A stretch of 64,000 nucleotides of DNA, taken from positions 10,248-74,247 of the IMG/VR virus record IMGVR_UViG_3300020042_012680, one strand, 5' to 3'. This document shows, piece by piece, positions 1-9,292 of the stretch (position 1 is the stretch's first letter; every line of letters starts with the position of its first letter). The stretch comes from a virus. Lineage: Duplodnaviria; Caudoviricetes. The position numbers were made by a program, and so were the translations under genes. The notes under the pieces were generated by a model that did not search any database, had not been told where the DNA came from, and saw only the letters and a list, made by a program, of their open reading frames with translations.

Positions 1-1
1 G

Positions 2-1840
2 AAATTTAAAAATTGGTGCGATGAGAATAAAGAAACATTTCAAATTGCTTTAAAATTAAGAGATTTAATCAAGAACAAAGGGGTTCATCCATCTGGGGTT
101 CTTCTTTCTTATTACGATTTAGAAACAGTATGTCCTACCGAATTTTCTTCTGATAAAGAACCAGTTTCTAGTTTTGATATGAATTGGGTTAGTATATTTA
201 ATATTAAGCTTGATATTCTAGGCTTAAGAAGCGTTTCTGTAGTTGATGATGTTTGTAAAAGTATAGGAATTAAAGTAGAAGATATTGATTTAAATCATGA
301 AACTATTTATAGAAATTTACAAGAATTAAGATCACCTCATGGACTATTTCAAATTGAAGCAGAAACTAATTTCAGAGTTTGCCAAAAAGTAAAACCTAAA
401 AATCTTGAAGAACTTAGCGGAGTATTAGCCTTGGCAAGACCTGGAGCATTACAATTCGTAGATAAATACGCGGCTCATACAAATTATCAGCAATCAGAAA
501 GTATTCATCCGTTTTTTGATGAAATTTTAAAAGAAACAGGTGGCGTAGCACTTTATCAAGAACAGCTGATGAAGATGGCTCATAAAATTGGATTTAGTTT
601 GGATGAAGCAGAAATCTTAAGAAGGATCGTAGGTAAAAAGAAAACAGAAGAAATTAAAGCATGGAAGAAGAAAATTGAAACTAAGATTAAAGAAAATAAA
701 ATTCCCAAAGAAGTAGGAGACATTCTATGGAAAATATTGGAAGATTCTGCGAATTATTCATTTAACAAGAGTCATTCATTGGCGTATGCAGCCCTAGCAG
801 CGGTTACAATTTATTTAAAATTCAATTATCCTCAACAATTCTTTTTATCATTATTAAAAATGAGCAGAAATGAACCAGATCCAATTGGTGAAATTTCTAA
901 AATTCAAAAAGAAATGCATGAATTTGATATCAAACTTCTTCCTCCGCATATTATTAAATCAGAAATGGATTTCTCAATAGAAAATAAAGATATTAGATTT
1001 GGCTTGTTATCTATCAAAGGAATTAGTGATAAATCTATTGAAAAACTAAACAGTTTCAGAAATAAGTATTCTAATAAGTTTGAAATCTTTCAAGCAGCAG
1101 AAGAAGCCAATCTAAACATTGGAGTATTATCTTCTTTGATTCAGGCAGGAGCATTGAGTGGTTTTAATCAATCTAGAAGTAAAATTGTATTAGAGGCTCA
1201 ATTATGGAATATTTTAACAGCTAAAGAGAAAAAGTATTCAATTTCATTCGCAGATAAGTTTGATTACGATTTGATTAAAATTATCAAACATCTCAATAAA
1301 TTTACTGACGAGAAGAATCACTTGGTTATTAAAGATAATAGATTAAATACTATTAAAGCAAAATATGCGCCATATCTTGAAATCTATAATCAGAATAGTA
1401 AAAGTGAAAGCTTTGCTAATTGGTATTATGAAAAGAAACTGCTAGGATATACATATAATAAAAATTTAAGAGATATCTTCGCAGAGAAAAGAGAAAACCT
1501 TAAATATGTTAGTGATATTATAGATGAACCAGTTAATAGTAAAGTGGCATTTGTTGGTCAAATAGAAGAAATATATACTGGCGTATCTAAAAATGAAAAG
1601 AAAACTAGGTATGTAAGGTTAAAAATATCAGATGAAACCAGTTCAATAAGCACATTAATATTTAATGATAATATTGAGAATAATAAATTATTAAATAATA
1701 AAGCTTTTGAAGAAGGTAATATTGTTATAGCGAAAGGCTCTAAAAGAGATGATTGTATATTTGGAGATTTAATAGCTATTCAAGATCATCAAATTTATAT
1801 GAAATTAAATGATTTAAAAAAGACAGATAAAAATAATTGA
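2..1840 (+). CDS. dnaE: DNA polymerase III alpha subunit (C family), 5'-truncated by the window edge
   Basis: Frame is open from base 2 (KFKNWCDENK...GVHPSGVLL, the DnaE G-x-H-x-x-G motif), upstream of the track's ATG at 179. Also KLDILGL, ALYQEQLM, YSFNKSHSLAY, IRFGLLSIKGI and a C-terminal OB fold. Confidence 0.92.
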   Translation, partial: KFKNWCDENKETFQIALKLRDLIKNKGVHPSGVLLSYYDLETVCPTEFSSDKEPVSSFDMNWVSIFNIKLDILGLRSVSVVDDVCKSIGIKVEDIDLNHETIYRNLQELRSPHGLFQIEAETNFRVCQKVKPKNLEELSGVLALARPGALQFVDKYAAHTNYQQSESIHPFFDEILKETGGVALYQEQLMKMAHKIGFSLDEAEILRRIVGKKKTEEIKAWKKKIETKIKENKIPKEVGDILWKILEDSANYSFNKSHSLAYAALAAVTIYLKFNYPQQFFLSLLKMSRNEPDPIGEISKIQKEMHEFDIKLLPPHIIKSEMDFSIENKDIRFGLLSIKGISDKSIEKLNSFRNKYSNKFEIFQAAEEANLNIGVLSSLIQAGALSGFNQSRSKIVLEAQLWNILTAKEKKYSISFADKFDYDLIKIIKHLNKFTDEKNHLVIKDNRLNTIKAKYAPYLEIYNQNSKSESFANWYYEKKLLGYTYNKNLRDIFAEKRENLKYVSDIIDEPVNSKVAFVGQIEEIYTGVSKNEKKTRYVRLKISDETSSISTLIFNDNIENNKLLNNKAFEEGNIVIAKGSKRDDCIFGDLIAIQDHQIYMKLNDLKKTDKNN

Positions 1841-1865
1841 CATTTTAAAATATAAGTAGTAACAT
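1837..1865 (+). promoter_or_regulatory. sigma70-type promoter TTGACA-N17-TAACAT
   Basis: TTGACA at 1837-1842, 17-nt spacer, TAACAT at 1860-1865; ATG 8 nt later at 1874. Confidence 0.7.
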
Positions 1866-1873
1866 AAAGTAAT

Positions 1874-2407
1874 ATGATATCATTTTATAAACCAAATAGT
1901 AAGAATACAGGCACAGCTTGTAGTTTTAGCGTAAATTCAAAAGATAATTCAGTATGGGGATCATTAATTAAACAAAGCTCTTGGAATGATGCCAAAAAGA
2001 TTGGATCTTTCTCCGAAAACCAAAATAATCCAAATAAAAGCGTTAAAATTAAATTTTCATTAACAGAAGCTGCTGGAATTCTTGACGCAATAGAAAGAAA
2101 TACAGAGTTTTCTGCTTATCATAACTCGGAAAAACAAATTACTAAGATTAAATTGTCTCCCTATATTAGGGAAGAAAAACAAGTGGGTTTTTCTTATAGC
2201 GTTCATAAAGAAGATAAACAAAATATAGAAAACAAACAATCTTATTTAATTGGTTTTTACTTCAACGAAGCTAGACTTTTAAGAGAGTTTTTAGCGTATT
2301 CTTTAAATTGTGTTTTCGAAACTCAAAGAATTGAAGCGATAAAGAAAGCTAAAAATTCAACAAAAGAAACCATCAATAACTCACAAGAAGATAGCGAACT
2401 TTGGTAA
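1874..2407 (+). CDS. Hypothetical protein, possible ssDNA-binding protein
   Basis: Beta-rich, aromatic/basic body with an acidic tail ending in an aromatic residue (QEDSELW), as in SSBs; directly follows dnaE. Function inferred. Confidence 0.35.
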   Translation: MISFYKPNSKNTGTACSFSVNSKDNSVWGSLIKQSSWNDAKKIGSFSENQNNPNKSVKIKFSLTEAAGILDAIERNTEFSAYHNSEKQITKIKLSPYIREEKQVGFSYSVHKEDKQNIENKQSYLIGFYFNEARLLREFLAYSLNCVFETQRIEAIKKAKNSTKETINNSQEDSELW

Positions 2408-4323
2408 TCGTGAAAAGAAAAAAGATTTTATTTCAAAGTGATTTTTCTTTAGCGAAAACTGGTTTCGGTAGAAACTCTAGAGCTTTATTAAAGTATCTAT
2501 ATTCCACAGATAAGTATGATATAACTCACTACTGTTGTGGTATGCCTTACGATCACCCAGAGCTTAAAAAAACCCCATGGAAATCAGTAGGCTCACTTCC
2601 GAATAATCAACAAGAACTAGATCAACTCAATAGAGATCCAAACTTGGCAAGAATGGCTAGTTATGGGGCTTATTCTATAGATAGAATAATTAACGAAGAA
2701 AAACCAGATGTGTATTTCGCTGTACAAGATATTTGGGGGGTTGATTTTGCAATTGAAAAAAATTGGTTTTCTAAAATTAGTTCTGTTATTTGGACGACAT
2801 TAGATTCCTTGCCTATACTTCAATCTGCTATTACAAATGCAAACAAGATCAAAAATTATTGGATCTGGAGTAATTTCGCAACAAAAGCGCTGCATAAACT
2901 TGGTTATAGTCATATAAAAACAGTTCACGGGTGTTTAGAGGATAAAGATTTTTACAGATTATCAGATTTTGATAGAAAAGAACTTCGCAAAAAGAATAAT
3001 CTTCCAGAAAATGCTTTTATTATAGGATTTGTGTTTAGAAATCAGTTAAGAAAAAGTGTTCCCAATCTTTTGCAAGGCTATGCTTTATGGAAAAAAGAAA
3101 ATCCAAAAATTGAGAATACTTATTTATTGCTTCATACACATTGGGGAGAAGGTTGGAACATACACAAGTTAGCTTCAGAAATTGGAGTAGATCCTAAAGA
3201 AATATTAACGACATATGTATGTAAAAATTGTGGTGAATACGAAATTAAACCCTTTATTGGTCAAGATTTAAACTGTAAATATTGTGGAGCAGAAAAGAGT
3301 CAGACAACTACAAACGTAGGATTAGGAGTCATAGAGTCTCAATTAAATGAGATATACAATTTTATGGACACATACTGCCATCCTTTTACAAGCGGAGGTC
3401 AAGAGATACCCATTCAAGAAGCAAAATTAACAGAATTAATTACGTTAGTTACCAATTATTCTTGTGGAGAAGAGATGTGTGAGCCAGAAGCAGGTTCATT
3501 AGCTTTAGAATGGACCGAATATAGAGAACACGGAACAGAATTTATTAAAGCTTCTACAACTCCAGAATCTATAGCTAAACAAATTAATATTGTATATAAA
3601 ATGCCTGAGCATAAAAGAAAAGAGTTAGGTAAAAAAGCTAGAGAATGGACAATTAATAATTTTGCAGTAAAAAACATAGGCAAAATTCTAGAAGATTTTA
3701 TTGACTCTCAACCCTTTGCTGATTGGGAAAAAATAAAAGAAAATCCAGAAGACAAAAAAGATCCTTACTATCAAATGCCAGAAATTCCAGATGACGCAAG
3801 CTGGTTGATTCATTTGTATCATAATATTTTAAAAATGAAAAATATTGACGGTAACGATTCTGGACATAAATATTGGATGCAAGAATTATCTAAAGGGACA
3901 AAAAGACAAGACGTAGAAAATTATTTTAGGAACGTCGCCTTGAAAGAAAATGAAAATAAAAAACAAGTAAAATTTGAAGATTTACTTGATGAAAAAGATA
4001 AAGGTAGGGTTATATATGTTATGCCAGAGAGCGCGGGAGACATATTCTTAAGTACTGCTTTATTTAAATCTATTAAAAATAGATATCCAGATTATAGCTT
4101 GTATGTGGCTACAAAACCGCAGTATAAAGACATACTAGATGGTAACCCTTATGTTCACAGATGGATAGAGTATAATCCTATTATGGACAATTTAATTTGG
4201 TTAGAAGGAAATAGTCAACACGATGGATACTTTGATATCGCTTATTTACCTTATACCTGCACTCAAAGAAATTTAAATTATCTTCACAATGGTTTAGATA
4301 AAATAGATTTTGAACTCGAATAA
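2401..4323 (+). CDS. GT-B (GT4-like) glycosyltransferase with Zn-ribbon insert and a C-terminal GT9 N-terminal-type domain
   Basis: SDFSLAKTGFGR N-motif; FRNQLRKSVP; HPFTSGGQEIPIQEA (E-x7-E-like); CKNC...CKYC insert; C-terminal PESAGDIFLSTALFKSIKNRYPD...ILDGNPYV. Start may be GTG at 2410. Confidence 0.8.
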   Translation: MVIVKRKKILFQSDFSLAKTGFGRNSRALLKYLYSTDKYDITHYCCGMPYDHPELKKTPWKSVGSLPNNQQELDQLNRDPNLARMASYGAYSIDRIINEEKPDVYFAVQDIWGVDFAIEKNWFSKISSVIWTTLDSLPILQSAITNANKIKNYWIWSNFATKALHKLGYSHIKTVHGCLEDKDFYRLSDFDRKELRKKNNLPENAFIIGFVFRNQLRKSVPNLLQGYALWKKENPKIENTYLLLHTHWGEGWNIHKLASEIGVDPKEILTTYVCKNCGEYEIKPFIGQDLNCKYCGAEKSQTTTNVGLGVIESQLNEIYNFMDTYCHPFTSGGQEIPIQEAKLTELITLVTNYSCGEEMCEPEAGSLALEWTEYREHGTEFIKASTTPESIAKQINIVYKMPEHKRKELGKKAREWTINNFAVKNIGKILEDFIDSQPFADWEKIKENPEDKKDPYYQMPEIPDDASWLIHLYHNILKMKNIDGNDSGHKYWMQELSKGTKRQDVENYFRNVALKENENKKQVKFEDLLDEKDKGRVIYVMPESAGDIFLSTALFKSIKNRYPDYSLYVATKPQYKDILDGNPYVHRWIEYNPIMDNLIWLEGNSQHDGYFDIAYLPYTCTQRNLNYLHNGLDKIDFELE

Positions 4324-4337
4324 TATACAATAAAATA

Positions 4338-5489
4338 ATGAGACTTTTAGATACATATGCAACTAATACTGGTTCAAAAATTGACAAACCTTTTATCTAT
4401 ACTAAATTTTTTCCCTTGCCATTAGAAAAGTATATAACTTTTCAAGCTCAAACTCCTTATGACTCTAGAAATTACTCTTATTGGCAAGAAGTAATTGGAT
4501 TGATTCATGCCCCTTTATTAAAAGAAAACATTCATATATTACAAGTTGGTATAAAAGACGAAAAAGTTTTAAATGGAACAATTAACATTGTTGGTCAAAC
4601 AACGCTAAATCAATTAGCTTATGTTATTGAAAATGGTATTTTACACTTTGGCGCGGATAGTCTTTCTGTTCATTTAGCTTCTTATTTTGATAAGCCTATA
4701 GTTTCAATTTACAGTATAAGTAACCCCGATGTTGCTGGTCCTCATTTTGGAAATAAAAATAAACATATACTACTAAAAGGGTACGAAAAAATTGGAAATA
4801 AAAAACCATCATACTCTCAAGTAGAAAACCCTAAATCAATAGATACCATAAAACCAGAAGAAATTGCTAAAGGAATTTTAGATTTATTAAATATAAGTCA
4901 TCCTAAATTACCAGAAACTATACATATTGGACCAGATTTTAACAATAGAAGCTTTGAAGTTATATTAGACGATGAGATCGATGTTAATTCAATTCCAATA
5001 GAAAATCCTATTATAAGAATGGACTATCTTTTCAATGAAAAAGTTCTTGAAAAAGTCTTATTAATTAAAAAATCCATAATTTTCACAGATAAACCTATCA
5101 AAAAAGATATACTTAAAAAGTACAAAAGTAATATTATGCAATTAATTTACATTATAGATCATAATAATGATCCAGACTTTGTTAAAACATTAAAGAATAA
5201 TTCAATAAACTATGTATTACTTTCTTTTTTGAAGGATGAAGAGCTTAGTAAGTATAAATTAAATTATATGGACTATAACTTAATTATAAATAAAAACCAT
5301 AAGACTAAAAAAGACGCTAACATAAAAGAGGTTGATAATCTTTACTATAATTCGTCTAGAATACTCCATACTTCAAAAGGTCAGTTTAGATCAAAATATG
5401 ATTGGTTAAATAAAACAGGAGATAAAGTGGTAGATCATCCTGATTTTTGGAAAGAGGTTGATAATTTTTATATTTTTAAGTTGACTTAA
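4338..5489 (+). CDS. Glycosyltransferase carrying the GT9 (heptosyltransferase-like) C-terminal domain plus an unknown domain
   Basis: GQTTLNQLAYVIENGILHFGADSLSVHLASYFDKPIVSIYS matches the GT9 C-terminal pattern (GxTSLxELAALL...GNDSGPMHLAAALGxP). Confidence 0.65.
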   Translation: MRLLDTYATNTGSKIDKPFIYTKFFPLPLEKYITFQAQTPYDSRNYSYWQEVIGLIHAPLLKENIHILQVGIKDEKVLNGTINIVGQTTLNQLAYVIENGILHFGADSLSVHLASYFDKPIVSIYSISNPDVAGPHFGNKNKHILLKGYEKIGNKKPSYSQVENPKSIDTIKPEEIAKGILDLLNISHPKLPETIHIGPDFNNRSFEVILDDEIDVNSIPIENPIIRMDYLFNEKVLEKVLLIKKSIIFTDKPIKKDILKKYKSNIMQLIYIIDHNNDPDFVKTLKNNSINYVLLSFLKDEELSKYKLNYMDYNLIINKNHKTKKDANIKEVDNLYYNSSRILHTSKGQFRSKYDWLNKTGDKVVDHPDFWKEVDNFYIFKLT

Positions 5490-5509
5490 AGTTTAATATA
5501 GGGTATCAT
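5481..5509 (+). promoter_or_regulatory. sigma70-type promoter TTGACT-N17-TATCAT
   Basis: TTGACT 5481-5486, 17-nt spacer, TATCAT 5504-5509; ATG 6 nt later at 5516. Confidence 0.7.
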
Positions 5510-5515
5510 TCTTAA

Positions 5516-6322
5516 ATGGGCCCTAAAATTAAAACAGAAGAAAATACAATTTCAGTAGCCAGTTCTGAGCTTTTTAATATGCCAATACAACAAGAAAATA
5601 AAGACTTACCTATTCAGGTGGTCCCACCAAGGCTAATAACAAGAAACAAATATGGCTTAATTGAAGATGCAAATATAAATTACATTTATAATGATGATGG
5701 AACGATCAACTGGCGCAAAATGGTCAAAACAGAATATCTTGTTAATAACAGACAAAAAACCCAAGAAACAGATGTATCTAAGTTAGAAGACAAAGATCTT
5801 CTTATTCTATTAGGTGGAATAAAAGAGCTTGCTCAAATCAGAGGATATTCTAAAGTAGAATACAATGTTGTATCTGCAAATGATACATACTTCGCTACAA
5901 GCTGTAGAATTACTTGGCTACCTAATTACGAAACAGACGGCAGAGAGATAGTTTTTGAATCGTTAGCTGACGCTACAGTAAATAATACCAAGAGCTTTGC
6001 TAAATTCTTCTTAGCCGCAATTGCTGAGAATAGAGCCTTTGTAAGATGTGTTCGTAATTTCTTAAAAATCAATATTGTATCTCAAGAGGAGCTAGGAGAA
6101 GCAAAACTATTTGATTTTGCTCAACCTTCTAATGAAAATCCCACTTCGCCTCAATCTGTTTTAGAGAAAACTATGAAAGAAAAAGGTGTTAATTTCGAGT
6201 CACTTAAAAAAAGACTAATTAAAGATAATTTTGATAATGCAGAAAATTTAAACTCTATATCAGATATACCTAAAGTCAAGTTGTTTGAATTGATAGATAG
6301 AATCAAGAAGATCAAAGATTAA
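5516..6322 (+). CDS. Probable single-strand annealing protein (Rad52/Sak/ERF-like)
   Basis: LLGGIKELAQIRG ... AIAENRAFVRCVRNFLKINIVSQEEL resembles the SSAP C-terminal helix (AETRAxxRALR...ExxEE); replication context. Confidence 0.5.
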   Translation: MGPKIKTEENTISVASSELFNMPIQQENKDLPIQVVPPRLITRNKYGLIEDANINYIYNDDGTINWRKMVKTEYLVNNRQKTQETDVSKLEDKDLLILLGGIKELAQIRGYSKVEYNVVSANDTYFATSCRITWLPNYETDGREIVFESLADATVNNTKSFAKFFLAAIAENRAFVRCVRNFLKINIVSQEELGEAKLFDFAQPSNENPTSPQSVLEKTMKEKGVNFESLKKRLIKDNFDNAENLNSISDIPKVKLFELIDRIKKIKD

Positions 6323-6358
6323 TATAATATAATATAATATAATATTATATAATATAAT
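6321..6358 (+). repeat. Pentamer tandem repeat (AATAT)n, about 7.5 units, pure A/T
   Basis: aatataatat aatataatat aatattatat aatataat read directly between the SSAP stop and a GTGTAA motif. Confidence 0.85.
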
Positions 6359-6372
6359 GTGTAAATTATATT

Positions 6373-7071
6373 ATGACTAAAAAACAAGCCTATTGTTGTT
6401 TAAATTGCTCACATTTATCTCCTCCTTGTGATGGAGCTATAGACTGTAATATTTGTTGCGAAGATTGTGGGGATACTAGCGCGTGCAAGTCGAGTGCATA
6501 TTTTAAAGATGGATCATTTTATCTAAATCATACTACCACTATTACTTTTAATCTAAACGCAAACTTCACTAATGGCCTTGCTGTTTTCGAGGATTCTGGT
6601 TCTGGCACATCTACATATACAAGCAAACAAAATAAATGTTTATCGAATAGCTCATATACTAGTAGTACAACTTTTGATGATGGAGATCAATTTTATGATC
6701 AGACTGGTTGCGGTGGGACTGAATGTTACGGTTGTAGTTGTAGTGATAATGAAGAATGTTGGACGGTCGATCGTAGATGTGGTCCAGATTGCTGTGGTAC
6801 ATCTTCCGCAAGCTGTGATACGTGTATTGATGATGAATGCCCAGGTTTTAATTCTGGATGTAATGGATTAGAGTGCATTTGTACTTCTCCCGAGGATGAC
6901 TGCGAAGGTACCTATGAAACAGCAAATACAGCAAAAATTACTTTTGAAGATCCAGTAAAACTTTATAATAAAGAGGGACAAGATGTTGGTAATATAATAG
7001 GTGCAACTTATGATCCATGTGCTCCATGTGAAATATGGAGTGCTCCAGCTTGTCACTTCTTTGCACCTTAA
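6373..7071 (+). CDS. Cysteine-rich acidic protein of unknown function
   Basis: 28 Cys counted in 232 aa, in three clusters; GTGTAA motif 8 nt before the ATG; no signal peptide. Confidence 0.7.
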   Translation: MTKKQAYCCLNCSHLSPPCDGAIDCNICCEDCGDTSACKSSAYFKDGSFYLNHTTTITFNLNANFTNGLAVFEDSGSGTSTYTSKQNKCLSNSSYTSSTTFDDGDQFYDQTGCGGTECYGCSCSDNEECWTVDRRCGPDCCGTSSASCDTCIDDECPGFNSGCNGLECICTSPEDDCEGTYETANTAKITFEDPVKLYNKEGQDVGNIIGATYDPCAPCEIWSAPACHFFAP

Positions 7072-7368
7072 TTAAAATTCTTTATATTTTACTAATTGAT
7101 TTCTAACGAAATATAAATTAATAAAAAATCCACAAAAAGCACTTAATAAGTTACTAAAATAAGGATAAGTTAATAAATCAAAAGGATTAACGAAAAAACT
7201 AATAGCTAAGGATATCCAAAAACTAGAACATTCATGACAAAGCAAAGGCTTATGAATATATGGTATTTTAGCTATAAAATTTCTAAAAGGTCTAGCGATC
7301 TCAGTGTCACTCCAAGCATAAGTTACTCCTAAACAAAGGAATAAATATACTACAAATTGATAAAACAT
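7072..7368 (-). CDS. Small membrane protein with CxxC-S-x-W motif (DUF1360-like)
   Basis: Three hydrophobic segments and PLLCHECSSFWIS; family name from recollection. Confidence 0.5.
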   Translation of the reverse strand: MFYQFVVYLFLCLGVTYAWSDTEIARPFRNFIAKIPYIHKPLLCHECSSFWISLAISFFVNPFDLLTYPYFSNLLSAFCGFFINLYFVRNQLVKYKEF

Positions 7369-7842
7369 TTAAATAAAATAAACAACTAGTTTATCTGGTT
7401 TCTCTACTATTGAGAAAGACTTAAAAGGTATCTTTTCTTCAGTTAGTTTTTTAGCAAGATTTTTCCAATCTTCTTCACTCTTGCCAATTTCGAATACTCT
7501 TCCGCCACTATTTCTAAACACGTTTTGTTGCATCATTTGCATATGTTTCTCCATTGGGTTGTTTGGTACTTGAGAAGCTTTAATTTCTTCTGTTTTTTCT
7601 TGCATTAGGCTCTTAACTTCTTCATTAGTTATTAAGTTATTAAAGTAATCTTGTTCAGTAGCAATTTTTCCTTGAAGATGAGCCTTTACTCTATTTTTGC
7701 AAGAGCAATTTGGGTTGTCTCTAGAGCTAGTAAGATCAGCTAAAATTTCTGGAAATTTGTCTTTTATAGAAGTAAAAAAAGTGTCATTTTTAAGGAAAGT
7801 ATTAAAAAATACTGGAGAATTGATGAGTTCTTGAAATGTCAT
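7369..7842 (-). CDS. Hypothetical protein
   Basis: Intact 157-aa ORF with NPNCSC motif, abutting the next gene. Confidence 0.6.
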   Translation of the reverse strand: MTFQELINSPVFFNTFLKNDTFFTSIKDKFPEILADLTSSRDNPNCSCKNRVKAHLQGKIATEQDYFNNLITNEEVKSLMQEKTEEIKASQVPNNPMEKHMQMMQQNVFRNSGGRVFEIGKSEEDWKNLAKKLTEEKIPFKSFSIVEKPDKLVVYFI

Positions 7843-7849
7843 ATAATTT

Positions 7850-7878
7850 ATTATATATTAATATTCCTTATATTTCTA
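7850..7878 (-). promoter_or_regulatory. TAGAAA-N17-TATAAT promoter-like element
   Basis: Minus strand TAGAAA 7878-7873, TATAAT 7855-7850, 7 nt before ATG 7842. Confidence 0.4.
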
Positions 7879-7882
7879 AAAT

Positions 7883-8692
7883 TTATAAACTGCCGCTCAA
7901 TATATATGTATCAAAGCTTAATGTCAATTTAGCATCATTATTTATTGAGTACGATAATTGAGTATTATTATTAATTAAATTAGCCAAATTTATCTTTAAC
8001 AAAGACTCATTAGTATTATATTTTCTAAAATTAACACTAAAGTCTCTACTTGATATAGATTTAAATATATTAGTTACTTTTTCTTGATCATAATCACTCA
8101 TTGAAAATTGAAAATTTAAACTTATATTTATAGGATATTTAATTATAACAGCATCTGGTAAATAATTACCAATAGTGTAGACTGGAATTCTATTTATATT
8201 TATATTTAATCCGAATGATTCTAACCTATTAGAGTTGGCTTCATTTAAATCTAGGTCAACGTAGCAACTATCACCTATATCAAAATTATTTATTGGTTTT
8301 GGATTAAAATTAAAAGTTCCAGAGGTGTTTCCTAATTCTCCTAATAATAAAGTTCTTACGTTGACTTTTGGGTATTCGTTTAATCTATATTCTATGGAAT
8401 AATTATTTAAATATCCGCTAGAAAATGTAAAAAATTTATTTCCATATTCGATTTTTCCAGAAAAGGAATTATTGCCTGTATAGGATATAAAAGGGTCATT
8501 CGAACTCAAAATGTAATTTAAATCCAAATTACTTATAATTGGAGCAGAAACGGAGTAATTGATGTCATTGCTATCTATAGATAGATAAGGATTAATATTA
8601 TTACCGTAAGATATACTTAAGTCTTCAATTCCAGAAATAAGAGAGTTATTTAAATAAAAGTTTTGGTTTTCTACAGAATATACGTTAAACAT
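7883..8692 (-). CDS. Tail-tube-like paralog (possible tail-tip/baseplate tube protein)
   Basis: RIPVYTIGNYLPDAVIIKYPINISLNFQF aligns with RTPIQRLGNKFAFTREIDFPLTVSLSVEA of the tube gene at 25066-26214. Confidence 0.5.
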   Translation of the reverse strand: MFNVYSVENQNFYLNNSLISGIEDLSISYGNNINPYLSIDSNDINYSVSAPIISNLDLNYILSSNDPFISYTGNNSFSGKIEYGNKFFTFSSGYLNNYSIEYRLNEYPKVNVRTLLLGELGNTSGTFNFNPKPINNFDIGDSCYVDLDLNEANSNRLESFGLNININRIPVYTIGNYLPDAVIIKYPINISLNFQFSMSDYDQEKVTNIFKSISSRDFSVNFRKYNTNESLLKINLANLINNNTQLSYSINNDAKLTLSFDTYILSGSL

Positions 8693-8700
8693 TAAACATG

Positions 8701-8724
8701 ATTACACTATATTTTAAGTGTAAA
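8701..8724. promoter_or_regulatory. Divergent pair of GTGTAA late-promoter-like motifs
   Basis: TTACAC 8702-8707 (faces gene 8692-) and GTGTAA 8718-8723 (faces gene 8745+). Confidence 0.7.
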
Positions 8725-8744
8725 TTATTAGAGGTAAAAGGTAT

Positions 8745-9287
8745 ATGGCAAGTATTTACGATACAGTTTCTAACTGGAGCAATGGAACTACTTATAAAAA
8801 GTATGATATTGTGAAAGGTAGTGATAATCGTTTCTATTATTCAACTAAAGATTCTAATACGTCTAATAACCCTATAACCCCTGCAAATCTCCAGGTTCAT
8901 TGGGATGGATATATTTCTTTGAACGGAATTTTAGTCCCTAATTTTTGGTGGAAACCATCATATAATGCATCGATAGAAATTAGCCCTGAAATTATAGTTT
9001 CTCAATTTGGAAACGGGTATCAGCAAAGAATTTCTGACGGAATAAACTCAGCTCTTGCAAAATTTACTTTAAATTTTGAAGGCAGATCTGAAAATGAAAC
9101 AGTTTCAATCTTGCATTTTTTAAAAGAAAGAGCAGCCGTAGAGTCTTTTATTTATAATCCTCCAACCATATATAAAAAATCAAATAATAAACTTGACACA
9201 AGATATGTTTCTATAAATTGGACGGCTTCATATGTATCATACGATATGTACGTTGTTCAAACTACCATTCTAGAAGTACCTGTTTAA
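8745..9287 (+). CDS. Minor tail protein, lambda gpM-like, with N-terminal CBM-like motif
   Basis: FWWKPSY...QFGNGYQQRISDGINS...FTLNF is the gpM-family pattern; first gene of an M-L-K-I-J order. Confidence 0.8.
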   Translation: MASIYDTVSNWSNGTTYKKYDIVKGSDNRFYYSTKDSNTSNNPITPANLQVHWDGYISLNGILVPNFWWKPSYNASIEISPEIIVSQFGNGYQQRISDGINSALAKFTLNFEGRSENETVSILHFLKERAAVESFIYNPPTIYKKSNNKLDTRYVSINWTASYVSYDMYVVQTTILEVPV

Positions 9288-9292
9288 TAAAT

